This document shows, piece by piece, positions 24,935-64,000 of a stretch of 64,000 bases of DNA. Both the position numbers and the translations under genes were made by a program. Each line of letters starts with the position of its first letter. Position 1 is the stretch's first letter. The stretch comes from Macrostomum lignano (lineage: Eukaryota): NCBI GenBank assembly GCA_002269645.1, contig NIVC01000143.1:496001-560000 (forward strand), read 5' to 3'. The notes beneath the pieces were generated by a model. That model made no database searches and was not told where the DNA came from. It saw only the letters and a list, made by a program, of their open reading frames with translations.

Positions 24935-26542
24935 ATGCCATCCCAAGCAGTTATTGGCAGGAAATTCAACACCAGACGGCGTCGGTGCATCCGTCGATGC
25001 GTTGGCTGCTTCTGCGGCGTCCTCGCCCTGCTATGCATCGCAGTCGGAGTTGGAATCACGTTTGCATTTGACTATGTCTTCCAGGAGCAGCTCAAGGTGA
25101 TGATGCCTCTGGCTAACGGGTCAATGTCCTACAGGGGCTGGTCCGAGCCGCCTAACAAGATCACGTTCCAGATCTGGCTGTGGAACGTCACCAACCCCAA
25201 GGAGGTGATCATGGGCCAGCGGCCCGTGCTGCAACAGGTTGGCCCGTTCGCATTTGCCGAACGGCGCTACAAAGCGAACATTACATTTTATCCAAATGAC
25301 ACTGTGTCCTTTTTTGAATATCAGCAATTCTTTTACCTGCCCGAAAAGTCTTGCGGCAACATCTCTGAGTTGATGATCACCTCTGTAAACATGCCGTACG
25401 CCGTCACCAGCATCCAGATGAAGGCAGTTTCGCCGTTCTTGCGCAACATAGCAGGCAGAATGTTTGCCCAGAACAGTGGCGGCCTGTTCATTACTAGACC
25501 GGCGTCTGAGATTCTGCACGGCTACAAGGACGGAGCTTTGAGCATAGTCGAAGGCATGGTACGTCGTTTCCTGCCGCACATGCCCTTCCAGAGCACTTCT
25601 GGCCTGTTCATTGGCACCAACAACACGCACAAGGGCCAGTTTCTGGTCCACACAGGCCGGGGGAATCTGTCCAGCTTCAACAGAGTCCAACGGTGGAACG
25701 GCGAACCGGAGTTGAGCGTCTGGCCGGAGAAGAGCGCCAATAAAATTGTTGGCACAGACGGCAGCATGTTCGGTCCAGGGGTGACGTCATCATCGAAGCT
25801 GGACATTTTCAGCACGGACATCTGCTTGTCCCTGCATCTTGTTTACGAGAAACCAGCCGACATTGAGGGCATTCCAGCGTTGGGCTTTCGACCTTCGCCG
25901 GAGATTATGCTCAATGCAACTCTGAGACCAGAGAATAAGGCGTTCTGTTTAGAGAGCGGCTGTCTGGACTCTGGCGTGCTCAACATCAGCCTGTGCAAAG
26001 GCGGCGTGCCTCTGGCGATCTCGTCGCCGCACTTCACTAACGCACCGACCTACGCTAAAGCTGTGATCGGCGTGAGTCCAAGCGAGGAGGAGTTCGGCAC
26101 TGCCATCTGCATCGAGCCCAACACTGGATTTGTCATCAACGCCCAGCGTCGAATGCAGATGAACATCATGCTGGAACGAATAAGCGGCTTCACTGACACT
26201 GAAAAATTGATCGATCCAATGCTCATGATGCCGCTGATGTGGCTGAATGAGTCTGGTCGCATCGATCCCGTGTCAGCCGAGCTGTTCAAAGCGCACCTGC
26301 TGGCCCCAATCCAGATTGTCGCGCTGGCCCAGTGGGTCATCATCGCTGTTGGCATCGTCTGGATCTCCGCTGTGGCGCTGACCTGCAGTCTGCTGGCTAG
26401 ACGGCGGCGGAGACGGCGGCAGAACCGACCGAGCAGGCAGATTGTGCTCAACCGTATGTCGGACGACTCGGATGTGACGGCCGATGCGGGCCTGATCAGA
26501 AAACTGCAAGATCCGAACCTGCGCGAGTCGAACATTGTCTGA
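24935..26542 (+). CDS. CD36/scavenger receptor class B family protein (SCARB/LIMP-2-like), intronless CDS, ~535 aa
   Basis: Two terminal TM segments. Family motifs include WLWNVTNPKEV, LQQVGPF, NDTVSF, WNG, IVGTDGSMFGP, DIC, CLDSGVLNISLC, ISSPHF, IEPNTG and PLMWLNESG. ATG at 24935 lies just after a branch/acceptor at about 24902. Confidence 0.93.
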   Translation: MPSQAVIGRKFNTRRRRCIRRCVGCFCGVLALLCIAVGVGITFAFDYVFQEQLKVMMPLANGSMSYRGWSEPPNKITFQIWLWNVTNPKEVIMGQRPVLQQVGPFAFAERRYKANITFYPNDTVSFFEYQQFFYLPEKSCGNISELMITSVNMPYAVTSIQMKAVSPFLRNIAGRMFAQNSGGLFITRPASEILHGYKDGALSIVEGMVRRFLPHMPFQSTSGLFIGTNNTHKGQFLVHTGRGNLSSFNRVQRWNGEPELSVWPEKSANKIVGTDGSMFGPGVTSSSKLDIFSTDICLSLHLVYEKPADIEGIPALGFRPSPEIMLNATLRPENKAFCLESGCLDSGVLNISLCKGGVPLAISSPHFTNAPTYAKAVIGVSPSEEEFGTAICIEPNTGFVINAQRRMQMNIMLERISGFTDTEKLIDPMLMMPLMWLNESGRIDPVSAELFKAHLLAPIQIVALAQWVIIAVGIVWISAVALTCSLLARRRRRRRQNRPSRQIVLNRMSDDSDVTADAGLIRKLQDPNLRESNIV

Positions 26543-27982
26543 TCAATTCGTGTTTTTTTTGCGCTGGTAAACCATGCAGTTAAAAAATTCTAGTTCAAAC
26601 AAAAAGGTCGCAAAAGTGCCGAAGCCTAGCTACTACAAATAATTACAGCTTAGTGTTAGTTAAGCTACTTTAAGTAGGTAATTAAGTTGACTGCACTTCT
26701 AAAACGGAATTTTCGACGCAGGCTTTCTCAAATGATTTTATTACTTCCAAAAATGATCCGTACCCACTTAAAATCGAAAGGTTTTCCTTGTGCAATAGTA
26801 CAAATATTCGGTTTTATTGAATTGCTCTTTGACGCGATCCGAAGGCTTCCTTTTATCTACTGCTAGACTCGTGCTATTATTACCTGCTTCTGTAGAGCAA
26901 TGTGTGCCATGGTCTCTCAGTAAAACAGTTATCCTTCCATTTCAGGCAAATCAGTGCCAAAATTTGTTTAATTTCATATTACTGTTTTCTACTAGACAAT
27001 TTTTTGCGTCACCAGTAAAGGGTTTTAACTTGCCTTGTAATTAGAAAAATAATTATCTGTGTAAACTTTGATTTGAGCTGCTTGAGCCAGAACTTTTCTC
27101 TTGCAGTTTTAGCTTCACCTGTAAGAGCGCTTTTTAATTAAATTTTAACCAACAATGTACTTTGCTCGCCAAGTACAATTTTTTTTAGCTGCCGTTATAA
27201 CTTTAGACCGCGCTTTCCGAAACTGTATGACTTCTGCTTCCGTTTGAACCATAGCGATGTACTACTTCTCGTCAATTTCTTTGCGATATATTTTTTTTTG
27301 ATATCCTATAAATCAACTGATTTTTAGTCTTCTTGTCACATCCGTGCCACAAATCCCCAAGTGCTGCTACCAAATCTGAATTACCTGCATGCCAAATCTT
27401 AAATTGTCCATCTGATTGTCCATTCTTTATCTATTTAGCTAACAACCGTTTATCAGCTTGATAGATTCTGCAGGGTTCACATTGAATTATCCAATAAATA
27501 TATTGTAGCAAATGTGTATAAAAAAGGAATTATTTTACCTGTTTAGTGCCGAAAAACCGAGAAATTAAATAAAGAAGGCTCACCTTTGTCAATTAATGTT
27601 GGACATAATAGCTAATTAGAAGGCTAACAACATGCACGAAGGCATTTGCTGTTAAGTTAAGACTGCAGTGACAATTACACACAGGCTAAAATGCCATATT
27701 CACTCGCTAGTCGACTTTCATTGTCTTACTTGTAATAATATTAATTATGCCCATAATTGATGAGGTTTTCCGCTAAGAAAGGCTTTAAGCTTATTCACGT
27801 GGTACAGAATGGTTGAGAATATGCTCAAATTAAGCTTGTTTATAGACAATGGGTGAAACTTCAAATCCAATATTACACAGTCTAACTAAGGCACTTTCGC
27901 TTCTCTCCGTGACGTCAAATCTATAGTTAAACTGTGTTTAAAAATATACAGTAATTGCATGTAATTTTGCCGCACCTGTGAC

Positions 27983-28355
27983 CAGTGGCGGCGCAGTATC
28001 TCTGGTTGGGGGGGGGGGCAGTAGTTACATGTGGTGGTCACCCCCTTCCCCTACCAATTGTAATTAAACAAATAAAAACAGTTTAATTAGAACACAAATT
28101 TTCTAAGAAAGTAAAAAAATACGAACAAATTATGACACACTTCTTACAAAACGAATGTACAACACGAAAATTCTTATAAAAATGCATTTTTAATCATTGA
28201 TGCAAGTTGCATAGCAGGGGCCGTGACCATCTGCCCTCCCTTCCTAGGGTCTTTTCGAGGGCCGTGAGGATGGTGGGATAGTCACCCCCTTGAGGCAGTG
28301 ACCTTTGGTCACCCGGGGGCAGCTGCCCCCCTGCCCCCACCCCTTGGCCGCACTG
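27983..28355. mobile_element. MITE with short TIRs and 8-bp TSD (hAT-like)
   Basis: Ends CAGTGGCGGC and GCCGCACTG. Flanks CCTGTGAC (27975-27982) and TCTGTGAC (28356-28363) match at 7/8. Confidence 0.65.
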
Positions 28356-28649
28356 TCTGTGACTGGAATTATTAACTGGTTAACTGGAGACTGTACATGT
28401 AGGCGTCACACGACCCCAAGTTAAATATTAAAGAGCCCTAACTTATTTATTAAGAGCCCTGCTCCTCTTCTCACTCTGAACCCTGCGTCTAGTCTCAGTC
28501 TGTAGCTAGCTCTAATCTCACCATTTGCTGTTTCTCCTTCTACCCAGGGCTTTTAGTACAAAAATAAAGTTAACGAATTTTCGGCAGAAATCGCGCCACA
28601 AAATATCTTGCCATATTTCTATACTCTCCTTGCCATTTAGTCACACCTT

Positions 28650-29330
28650 GTGTCTGTAATCTCACCCTGTGTGTGTTCCTCATCTCAATTTGTGTCTAAT
28701 ATCACCTCACCTGTGCCTACCAACTCATTATAGACATCACCAGTGTCTCACCTTTTGTCTAGTCTCACCCAGTGAATAATCTCACCCTGTGTACCTTATC
28801 TCACATTGTGTCTCTAATCTCACCCCGTGTCTGCAATCTCACCCTGTGTCTCTAATCTCACCCTGTCTCCTTTATCTCATCCTGTGTCTCTAATCTCACC
28901 CTGTGTCTCTAATCTCACCCTGTGTCTCTAATCTCACCCTGTGTCTGCAATCTCACCCTGTGTCTCTAATCTCACCCTGTGTCTGCAATCTCACCCTGTG
29001 TCTCTAATCTCAACCCGTGTCTGCAATCTCACCCTGTGTCTCTAATCTCACCATGTGTCTGCAATATCACCCTGTGTCTCTAATCTCACCCCGTGTCTGC
29101 AATCTCACCCTGTGTCTCTAATCTCACCCTGTGTCTGCAATCTCATCATGTGTCTACAATCTTATCCTGTGTCTCTGATCTCACTTTGTGTCTCTAATTC
29201 AACCTGTTTCTAAACTCACCGGCGTCTTTAAACTCATCAAAAGCCTCTAATCTCACCTTTTATCTAGTCTCCCTGTGACTAATCTCACCCTGTGTGTCTA
29301 CTCTAATTATGAGTCTCCAATCTTATCCTG
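28650..29330. repeat. 19-bp minisatellite
   Basis: Unit AATCTCACCCTGTGTCTCT, alternating with ...TCTGC. Confidence 0.9.
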
Positions 29331-29968
29331 CATCGACGATCTCACCTGTGTGTTTCAAATCCCACCCGGTGTCCTCTCTACTTTCACCCTCTCTCTATTT
29401 GTCTCAAGTTGCCTCTCCCCTCATCGACTCAGGTGAGTTTGCATGGCCTAACTAGTACAAAGGACATGCATGCTAATTACTGCCGGGATAATATTTAGCT
29501 CAGCACTTAAATTGTTTCTCAGCCCTGCTATCACTCCTCGCTAATCGATGGGGAGAAAAAACTCCTCAGTTGGTTGCTATGCAAGGCGTATAAAAGCTGC
29601 ATAGTTCTGCGATCGTGCATGTCTGATGGAGAGGGAAAGAGGCTGTAGAGCTTTGTTCCTGGGTTTTTATGGAATTACCGAGGGCTGCTATTGGATAGGG
29701 GAATAATTGAAGGTAAAATGCATTTAAACCATTGGCACGTGTTACAGTGGATAATTTCATTCTCAACTACAATTGTCTTATACTCTCCAACACGCTCTCA
29801 CTCAAATGGCTCCCGCCTATATATGCCTCATCGGGTGCACTCATTGACGCGCAGACATGGAGATACAGTTTAATTTCTCACCCCCTATCTCTCAACCTAG
29901 GAGGTATATATGACTCGGTTGCACTTTCAACTTTCAACGTTTTTGTCTTTCATCCACTAGAGCTTGAT

Positions 29969-30943
29969 CATGGGGGGTCGCCATGGATTTTATGGGGGGG
30001 GGGGGCGGACAAAGCCAAGAATTCAACATTTAAATGTACATGACTAAATTTTGGCACTCTCATTTTCGCGCCGCAGGCACTCCTTTTAGCGTCCCAGGCA
30101 CTCATTTTGGCGCCGCAGGCATTCCTTTTGGCGCCCCAGGCATTCCTTTTGACGCCGCAGGCATTCCTTTTGGCGCCCCAGGCACTCAATTTAGCGCCGC
30201 AGGCACTCCTTTAAGCGCCTCAGGCAGGCACTCATTTTAGCGCCGCAGGCACTCATTTTGGCGCCGCAGGCATTCTTTTAGCGTCGCAGGCATTCTTTTA
30301 GCGCCGCAGGCACTCATTTTAGCGCCGCAGGCATTCCTTTTAGCGCCACAGGCATTCTTTTAGCGCCGCAGGCACTCATTTTAGCGCCGCAGGCATTCCT
30401 TTTAGCGCCACAGGCATTCTTTTAGCGCCGCAGGCACTCATTTTAGCGCCGCAGGCACTCATTTTGGCGCCGCAGGCATTCTTTTAGCGTCGCAGGCAGT
30501 CATTTTAGCGCCGCAGGCAGTCATTTTAGCGCCGCAGGCACTCCTTTTAGCGCCCCAGGCACTCAATTTAGCGCCCCAGGCACTCATTTTAGCGCCGCAG
30601 GCAGTCATTTTAGCGCCGCAGGCACTCATTTTAGCGCCGCAGGCAGTCATTTTAGCGCCGCAGGCAGTCATTTTAGCGCCGCAGGCAGTCATTTTAGCGC
30701 CGCAGGCAGTCATTTTAGCGCCGCAGGCAGTCATTTTAGCGCCGCAGGCAGTCATTTTAGCGCCGCAGGCACTCCTTTTGGCGCCGAAGTCGATAGATTT
30801 TGGCGCCTTGAAGAAAAATTATTGATTGCCACAACGACTCACAGGGTGGGGTGGGGGGACAAAGCGTTGGCATGTCTACCCCCAGAGCTTTTACTGGGGG
30901 GGCATGTCCCCCCTGTCCTCCCCCCCCGGTGGCGACGCGCCTG
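29969..30943. mobile_element. MITE-like element carrying an internal 21-22-bp array
   Basis: Imperfect TIRs CATGGGGGGTCGCCA and TGGCGACGCGCCTG, each next to G/C runs. No clear TSD. Confidence 0.5.
30066..30787. repeat. 21-22-bp GCGCC-core minisatellite, ~33 copies
   Basis: Unit GCGCCGCAGGCAGTCATTTTA with variants. Confidence 0.93.
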
Positions 30944-31919
30944 TTACTAACGTTTGATTGACGTGTCAATTTGCTTCATGCTTCATTCGTTCCTGTGAGC
31001 CGTTGCCTCTGATCTCCGCACTATAATTAATCCTGCTATTTGAGTCGATTAGTTTGTGAGCTTAGCAAAGTTTTAAATTCTAAATGCATCAAGCTCAAAT
31101 GCCATTTTTTGATTAGTGTAGTCGACCCAAAAGCTTGTGAGAAATTCCAATTTTTTTTAATGAAAGATTCGTACTTTTAAAGGCTTTTTTCTTATGGCGA
31201 TCTCTAATTTCATTTGTACCCGTGTAGGTGCATGCAATTAAATGTGTTTTGTTGTGGCTGTGTTGTGGTTTTGCTGTAGTTGTGTATAACGGCGTCTAAT
31301 ATGTAGTTTATGTAGTAGTCCTTTAGGAGTTGTGCTGAGGTGTGGGTTGTTTTTTGGCATGTACTCGTATAGGTGTTATAGCTCTTTCAATCAACGCTTT
31401 TGATAACACAATTTCATGCATCGGAAGGCCCGTGGCTTAAGGGTTCGCGCCAGCTCCCATTTGGTTTGAACGTGAACTATGGCTGCCCTGCAGGTATATA
31501 GTAGGTATTTTATGGTATCGTGTTCCCCGATTGTTAAGCGTATAGCGTTATCAGCTCACGCCATCAGCTAATGGACGCCTCTTTATTTCTTGTTTCTTGT
31601 CTTCGCAGAGCGATTTCTACAACAGATTTTTTTCAGGCCAACTACGCATGTGAGCTGTGATGCCAGTTGGTGTTGGACGGAGCTGTCAGGATTGTAACAA
31701 CTGGAAGTGACACACAAGTCTCTTTTTTTCAACATTATCTATGGTGACTGCCTTTTTATTTTCTTTCACTTTCCTGGCTGCTTTTATTTTCATGAACAGT
31801 CATAAAAGCCTTTGTTTTTTGTCTAAATGCCTGTGTTTATGTATCAGATAACTCGCAATCTTTCGTCTAAAGATCTCCATTACTTCGTCTCTATATACCC
31901 TCCACCCCCTGTCCCCTCT

Positions 31920-32450
31920 AAGCCTTTCTATCTATCTCTCTATCTACCCTTTTATATCCCTCCCTATCTTCCTTGGTATCTCCCTATATACCCATCTATC
32001 TCCCTTCCTATCGCTCTTCATATCGCCCAATCTCCCTTCTATTTCCCATCTCCCTTCCTATCTCCTTTTCTCTCTCCCTTCCTATCTCCTTCCCTATCTC
32101 CATCCATTCTATTTCCCATTTCCCTTCCTATCTCCCTTCCTATCTCCCTTCCTATCTCCCTTCCTATCTCCCTTTCTCTCTCCTTTCCTATCTCCCTTCT
32201 TATCTCCCTTCCTATCTCCTTCCCTATCTCCATCCATTCTATTTCCCATTTCCCTTCCTATCTCCCTTCCTATCTCCCTTCCTATCTCCCTTCCCATTTC
32301 CCTTCCTATCTCCCCTCCAATCTTCCCTTCGATCTCCCTTCATATCTTACCCTTTCTATTTATACTCGATCTCTCCTTCATCCCCTCTTTTTCTTCTCTC
32401 TTTCCCCCTTTCTATTGCTTTCCCGTGTCTCTTATTTCACTTCCTTTTCC
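31920..32450. repeat. 12-bp polypyrimidine repeat, block 1
   Basis: (CCTATCTCCCTT)n, degenerate. Confidence 0.88.
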
Positions 32451-33224
32451 ATCGCTTCCTTCTTCGCTTCCCCACAACCTGTGCTATTCTCAAAACCCCA
32501 GTCAACCTGAACAATTTTCACCTTCCTCTCCATCCTTACACTCGCTCCCGGTGATCTATTTCCGGAATTCTAATCCTTGCCTGAAAATTTCCCTTAAATT
32601 TCTTCAGCAATGCCTCACTTGATCAACTGCTCATTTTTTCAACGAGGCCAAAGAAGCATGTGCTTTGCTTAAATAAGAATTCAAAAGTACAACTCAGAAT
32701 TAATAGCATAATATAAAGGACTTTAGAGAACTTTTACGGTTTGATCAAATAATAGCAGTTATAATCTTTGCGTTAAAGTCTGACAAATGACAACTGCAGA
32801 TGAAACCTTCGAATTCAGATCAGAAATTGCACTTTTAATTTGAGCTTTGCATGCCTCAATCGTGTGTGACGATAGCTTGTGTAAACATGTCGATGGGACT
32901 TTGGGAGAATTCCTTTAATTTTTAATTACAGTATTCGCCATGCAGTTGTACTATTGATGTTAAAGAACCAAGGAAAGAAGAATTTCGCTTTCGACGTCGA
33001 TATAATAATATTGTCATACGTCGGCTGAAATTTGTGGTGTTATTGTAAAAGTACGCATGCCTCTGCTGCAAGACAACAGACAGACAAACAGAACGGATTG
33101 AACAGAGTAGTTTCCTTCTGCGTTAAGTTCCAAGTCTTATAGCGACTTTTTTTTATAAAAAAAGCACAAGCAAATTTTTTGCCTAGCCAATGTCTGCTTC
33201 AGCTGGCGCCATCGGCTCGTGTTC

Positions 33225-34285
33225 GTCTCTCTCCCTTCCTACCTCTTTCCCTATCTCCATTCTATCTCCCTTCCTATCTCCCTTCCTATCTCCCTTCCTA
33301 TCTCCCTTCCTACCTCTTTCCCTATCTCCATTCTATTTCCCTTCCTATCTCCCTTCCTATCTCCCTTCCTATCTCTTTCCCTATCTCCCTTCCTATCTCC
33401 CTTCCTATCTCCCTTCCTATCTCCCTTCCTATCTCCCTTCCTATCTCCCTTCCTATCTCTCTTCCTATCTCCATTCTATCTCTCTTCCTATCTCCCTTCC
33501 TATCTCCCTTCCTATCTCCCATTCTCTCCCTTCCTATCTCCCTTCCTATCTCCCTTCCTATCTCCCTTTCTCTCCCTTCCTATCTCCCTTCCTATCTCCC
33601 TTCCTATCTCCCTTTCTCTCCCTTCCTATCTCCCTTCCTATCTCCCTTCCTATCTCCCTTCTATTTCCCATTTCCCTTCCTATCTCCCTTCCTATCTCCC
33701 ATTTCCCTTCCTATCTCCCTTCCTATCTCCCTTCCTATCTCCCTTCTATTTCCCATTTCCCTTCCTATCTCCCTTCCTATCTCCCATTTCCCTTCCTATC
33801 TCCCTTCCTATCTCCCTTCCTATCTCCCATTTCCCTTCCTATCTCCCATTTCCCTTCCTATCTCCCTTCCTATCTCCCTTCCTATCTCCTTTCCTATCTC
33901 CCTTCCTATCTCCCTTTCTCTCCCTTCCTACCTCTTTCCTTATCTCCATTCTATCTCTCTTCTATCTCTCTTCCTATCTCAATTCCTATCTCCCTTCCTA
34001 TCTCCCTTCCTATCTCCCATTTCCCTTCCTATCTCCCTTCCTATCTCCCTTCCTATCTCCCTTCCTATCTCCCTTTCTCTCCCTTCCTACCTCTTTCCTT
34101 ATCTCCATTCTATCTCTCTTCTATCTCTCTTCCTATCTCAATTCCTATCTCCCTTCCTATCTCCCTTCCTATCTCCCATTTCCCTTCCTATCTCCCTTCC
34201 TATCTCCCTTTCTCTTCCTTCCTACCTCTTTCCCTATCTCCATTCTATCTCCCTTCCTGTCTCCCTTCCTATCCCTTCTATGTCC
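33225..34285. repeat. 12-bp polypyrimidine repeat, block 2
   Basis: (CCTATCTCCCTT)n, same family as block 1. Confidence 0.93.
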
Positions 34286-34982
34286 CATGCATATCCCTTC
34301 CTGAGAAATGGGAATAGAAGGGAGATAGTGAATGAGTGCGTCACTGCGTTTAGTATTGGCGCCCTTGAATGTGCTCAAGGAGTGAGCAGAATGAGAATAA
34401 TTGCCGTCAGGGCTGGTCATTGTAGGGCGATGTCTCCGAAAGGCGTTTCGCGAGGGTAACATTATTATTATTACATACTCAACGCGTACAGACGGTATCA
34501 GGAACAATACAGACAGGACACAAGGAATTGCAGCGCCTAAATTACTAGACTGGACAAAACAGAAAGGACCGAAAGTATATTGTAGGTCGGGCAGACAGAC
34601 TGCAAGCCTCACCCTAAATTAAACTGGAAATCTATATTTTAGATACTTAAGTAGATATTTCAGGATTAGCAAGAATTAAAAACAGAAAAATAACAAACTT
34701 GGCGTAGATTTAAAATTATTTGACGTATTTATTGGGGGGGGGGGGCAGCATCTATGCAGACTCCCTAATTACTCGAGAACTTTCCGGTCTTCATCGCCTT
34801 GCTCCTTTCAGCCAATCAGCAGGTGACCCGCCTCATTGGGCAGTAGGGCTCTCTCAGTCTTGTCCATAAATTCCTTTTCTTAAGCCAGAAGGCAGTAGTT
34901 TTTATTGGCTAATTAGCTCTGTTTTTAAAAAAAAAAACAACCAGATTAACAGCAATCAAATAATTGATTTTAAATTCTAAAA

Positions 34983-47729
<12,747 letters not shown>

Positions 47730-47737
<8 letters not shown>

Positions 47738-47938
47738 CTGACTGACTGACTGACTGACTGACTGACTGACTGACTGACTGACTGACTGACTGACTGACTG
47801 ACTGACTGACTGACTGACTGACTGACTGACTGACTGACTGACTGACTGACTGACTGACTGACTGACTGACTGACTGACTGACTGACTGACTGACTGACTG
47901 ACTGACTGACTGACTGACTGACTGACTGACTGACTGAC
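47730..47938. repeat. (CTGA)n microsatellite overlapping the GPCR stop codon
   Basis: ...AGA TCT GAC TGA CTGA... Confidence 0.95.
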
Positions 47939-48551
47939 AAATGTAGCCAGCTATGAATATTTTAAGGAGTACAACTATGGCTTAAAATGAATAAACTATG
48001 ATATATAGAACGTTGTACTCGCATGCATAAGCAATGAAATGTGATACTTCACAGCACTAAGTAATTGTACTGTTGTTGATCTGTTGTTCCTGCTCCAGAC
48101 ACACTACTGAGAGACGTAATTAATGTAAAATGCAACTATTTTAATCGCAACCAGAAATTAACTCAAAACATTCATAGCACTCGTTATCTTACACAGTTTA
48201 GAAATTTCAATAACATTACACGCACAGATTTATAATTTTATCATTCTGTCAAGTAGGCTTCTAGTAGATTTTGATAGAATTCATGTGAACTCTGAAAAAA
48301 TTGTTTAAATTGATTGCTGCTCTTGCACTTTTTTCCCATGAAGCCGCAGTCAGTTTTAACAGGCACCATTAGGAACAGCTGTTGCTGCAAATGCTGTGTA
48401 GAGAACCATTTTCATTATTTCGATTGTTACTGCTCACCTCATCGCTATTTATCAATCAATTGTCAGGCCGCTCTATGAATTAAACGTCAAATATAATGGG
48501 GGAGTTTAATGCGATAATGAGCGGTGACTTCTGCTTTAACAGAATGGACTG

Positions 48552-49091
<540 letters not shown>

Positions 49092-49410
49092 TGACAGATG
49101 TGAAACCAGCCTCACAGTGCAGCACTGCACTGTCACACACGCATGCAAGCAGACGGTACACTCAAAGGGCAGAGTGGCAATGTCTTCACAAAGGCCACAG
49201 TGCCTCCAGCGCTGCAATAATTGTTCTACAGGTAGATTTCGAGTGTTAGAGAGCAGAGCAATGGCTCTCTAATAGAGTGCGCCTTGGCGGTGTTTTCCGC
49301 AGATCTTGATGCAGCAAAAAAACAGCAATTCTGCAAAGCAGCCCCTGAGTAGACTGCTCAGCCTGGGTTCCTCCACTGTTGTCGAGATTTTTCTCAGCAC
49401 AAGCGTCTGC

Positions 49411-49441
<31 letters not shown>

Positions 49442-49918
49442 CTAGTCTAACCTAACTATTCATTTATTTAATGCCGTCAGTTGCGAGCAAGTAGCTCGAG
49501 GCCCTTATCTCTCCCTCACTCCCTCACTCACTCTGTTCTCCTCTCGAGCTCCGTTTATTTTTTGTCAGAATTGAAAAATATGCTTTCGCGTCGCCTAGAA
49601 AAATGGTTGCCACTTATTTTCTGTTTGTGCTTTTTTTCGGATGGAGATTTCTGGCCTGCCTTCACCCCTCGCCTCACCCCACCCTGTCTCCCCTGTGTTT
49701 TAGTGTGAATTCTGATTGGCTGATTAATCTGATGCAAAGTGTGAGCCTCTGTCAGACCATCTGCCGGACTATGCAACTCACAACAGCATATATAGTACTC
49801 AGGCAGTCACTAATATATTTCTCTATCTGGAGAAGAGACCTTCATCCAAGCTTTTTAAATTATCCTCTTCTTTTCTTAATCGTCCGTCCAGGCCAGCCTC
49901 CTTGATAGGAACTCTCGC

Positions 49919-49940
49919 ATCGCCATAGCAACCACTTCCG
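49919..49940 (+). promoter_or_regulatory. RFX X-box-like motif plus ETS-like site upstream of the repeat-protein gene
   Basis: ATCGCCATAGCAAC (49919-49932) is one mismatch from GTNRCCATRGYAAC and is followed directly by CACTTCCG; about 250 bp before ATG 50181. Confidence 0.4.
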
Positions 49941-50180
49941 TTTCTATAGCGCAGCTTGCATTGCTCAAAAAGTAAAGAGAGCCGAGAGAGAGCAGAGGAG
50001 GAGAGAAGCAAAGAACGCAAAGAGAGCAAGCAGCACTCAGTGCGCGCGTGCCTTCCTGCGTGTTTGTCCACCGCTGCTGGGCTTCCGTTTGCCCTTTTTT
50101 TACTGAGCTCAGGCAAGTCCTCTGGGGGCTCAGGCCTGCTTATCCCAACTGCTGTATAAACTCTGCACTCACCGGAGTTC

Positions 50181-63432
<13,252 letters not shown>

Positions 63433-63459
63433 GTGAGCGATTGGAGGGTGACGGCTTGT

Positions 63460-64000
63460 GTCAGAATCTATGAGCCAGTTTGTGTCAGAATCTATGAGCC
63501 AGTTTGTGTCAGAATCTATGAGCCAGTTTGTGTCAGAGTCTATGAGCCAGTTTGTGTCAGAATTAATTGTCAGTTTGTGTCAGAATTAATTGTCAGTTTG
63601 TGTCAGAATCTATGAGCCAGTTTGTGTCAGAATCTATTAGCCAGTTTGTGTCAGAATCTATGAGCCAGTTTGTGTCAGAGTCTATGAGCCAGTTTGTGTC
63701 AGAATTAATTGTCAGTTTGTGTCAGAATTAATTGTCAGTTTGTGTCAGAATCTATGAGCCAGTTTGTGTCAGAATCTATTAGCCAGTTTGTGTCAGAATC
63801 TATGAGCCAGTTTGTGTCAGAGTCTATGAGACAGTTTGTGTCAGAGTCTATGAGCCAGTTTGTGTCAGAATCTATGAGCCAGTTTGTGTCAGAGTCTATG
63901 AGCCAGTTTGTGTCAGAATCAATTGTCAGTTTGTGTCAGAGTCTATGAGATAGTTTGTGTCAGAATCAATTGTCAGTTTGTGTCAGAATCTATGAGCCAG
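63460..64000. repeat. 23-24-bp minisatellite, runs off the window
   Basis: Units AGTTTGTGTCAGAATCTATGAGCC and AGTTTGTGTCAGAATTAATTGTC. Confidence 0.94.

Overview
Eukaryotic (invertebrate animal) genomic DNA with GT-AG introns. About 24 kb (roughly 38%, hand tally) is micro/minisatellite. The repeat landscape resembles the flatworm Macrostomum, but that is an inference. Genes assembled by hand: an intronless CD36/SCARB receptor (24935-26542,+); a 5-exon histamine-H1-like aminergic GPCR (34983-47737,+); an 11+-exon, >=980-aa unnamed protein with two repeat families and a 13-nt microexon (50181 to beyond the window end,+); an ankyrin-repeat pseudogene (9399-10580,-); and a probable first exon of another 7TM-like gene (15933-16181,+). 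Mobile elements: a non-autonomous Helitron with both termini (2026-4698,-) carrying a 23-bp satellite and a tRNA-like segment; an internally deleted Ty3/gypsy element (4888-8693); two MITEs; a tRNA/CORE-type SINE; and a 547-bp TSD-flanked retroposon. Most notable: (1) a three-motif tRNA-Leu PBS-like array seen in two separate places; (2) about 40 tandem copies of an exon end plus splice donor; (3) a candidate HDV-like ribozyme at the 5' end of the non-coding retroposon; (4) the novel repeat protein, which has an RFX X-box-like site upstream. All coordinates and alignments were done by eye; no database searches were run.
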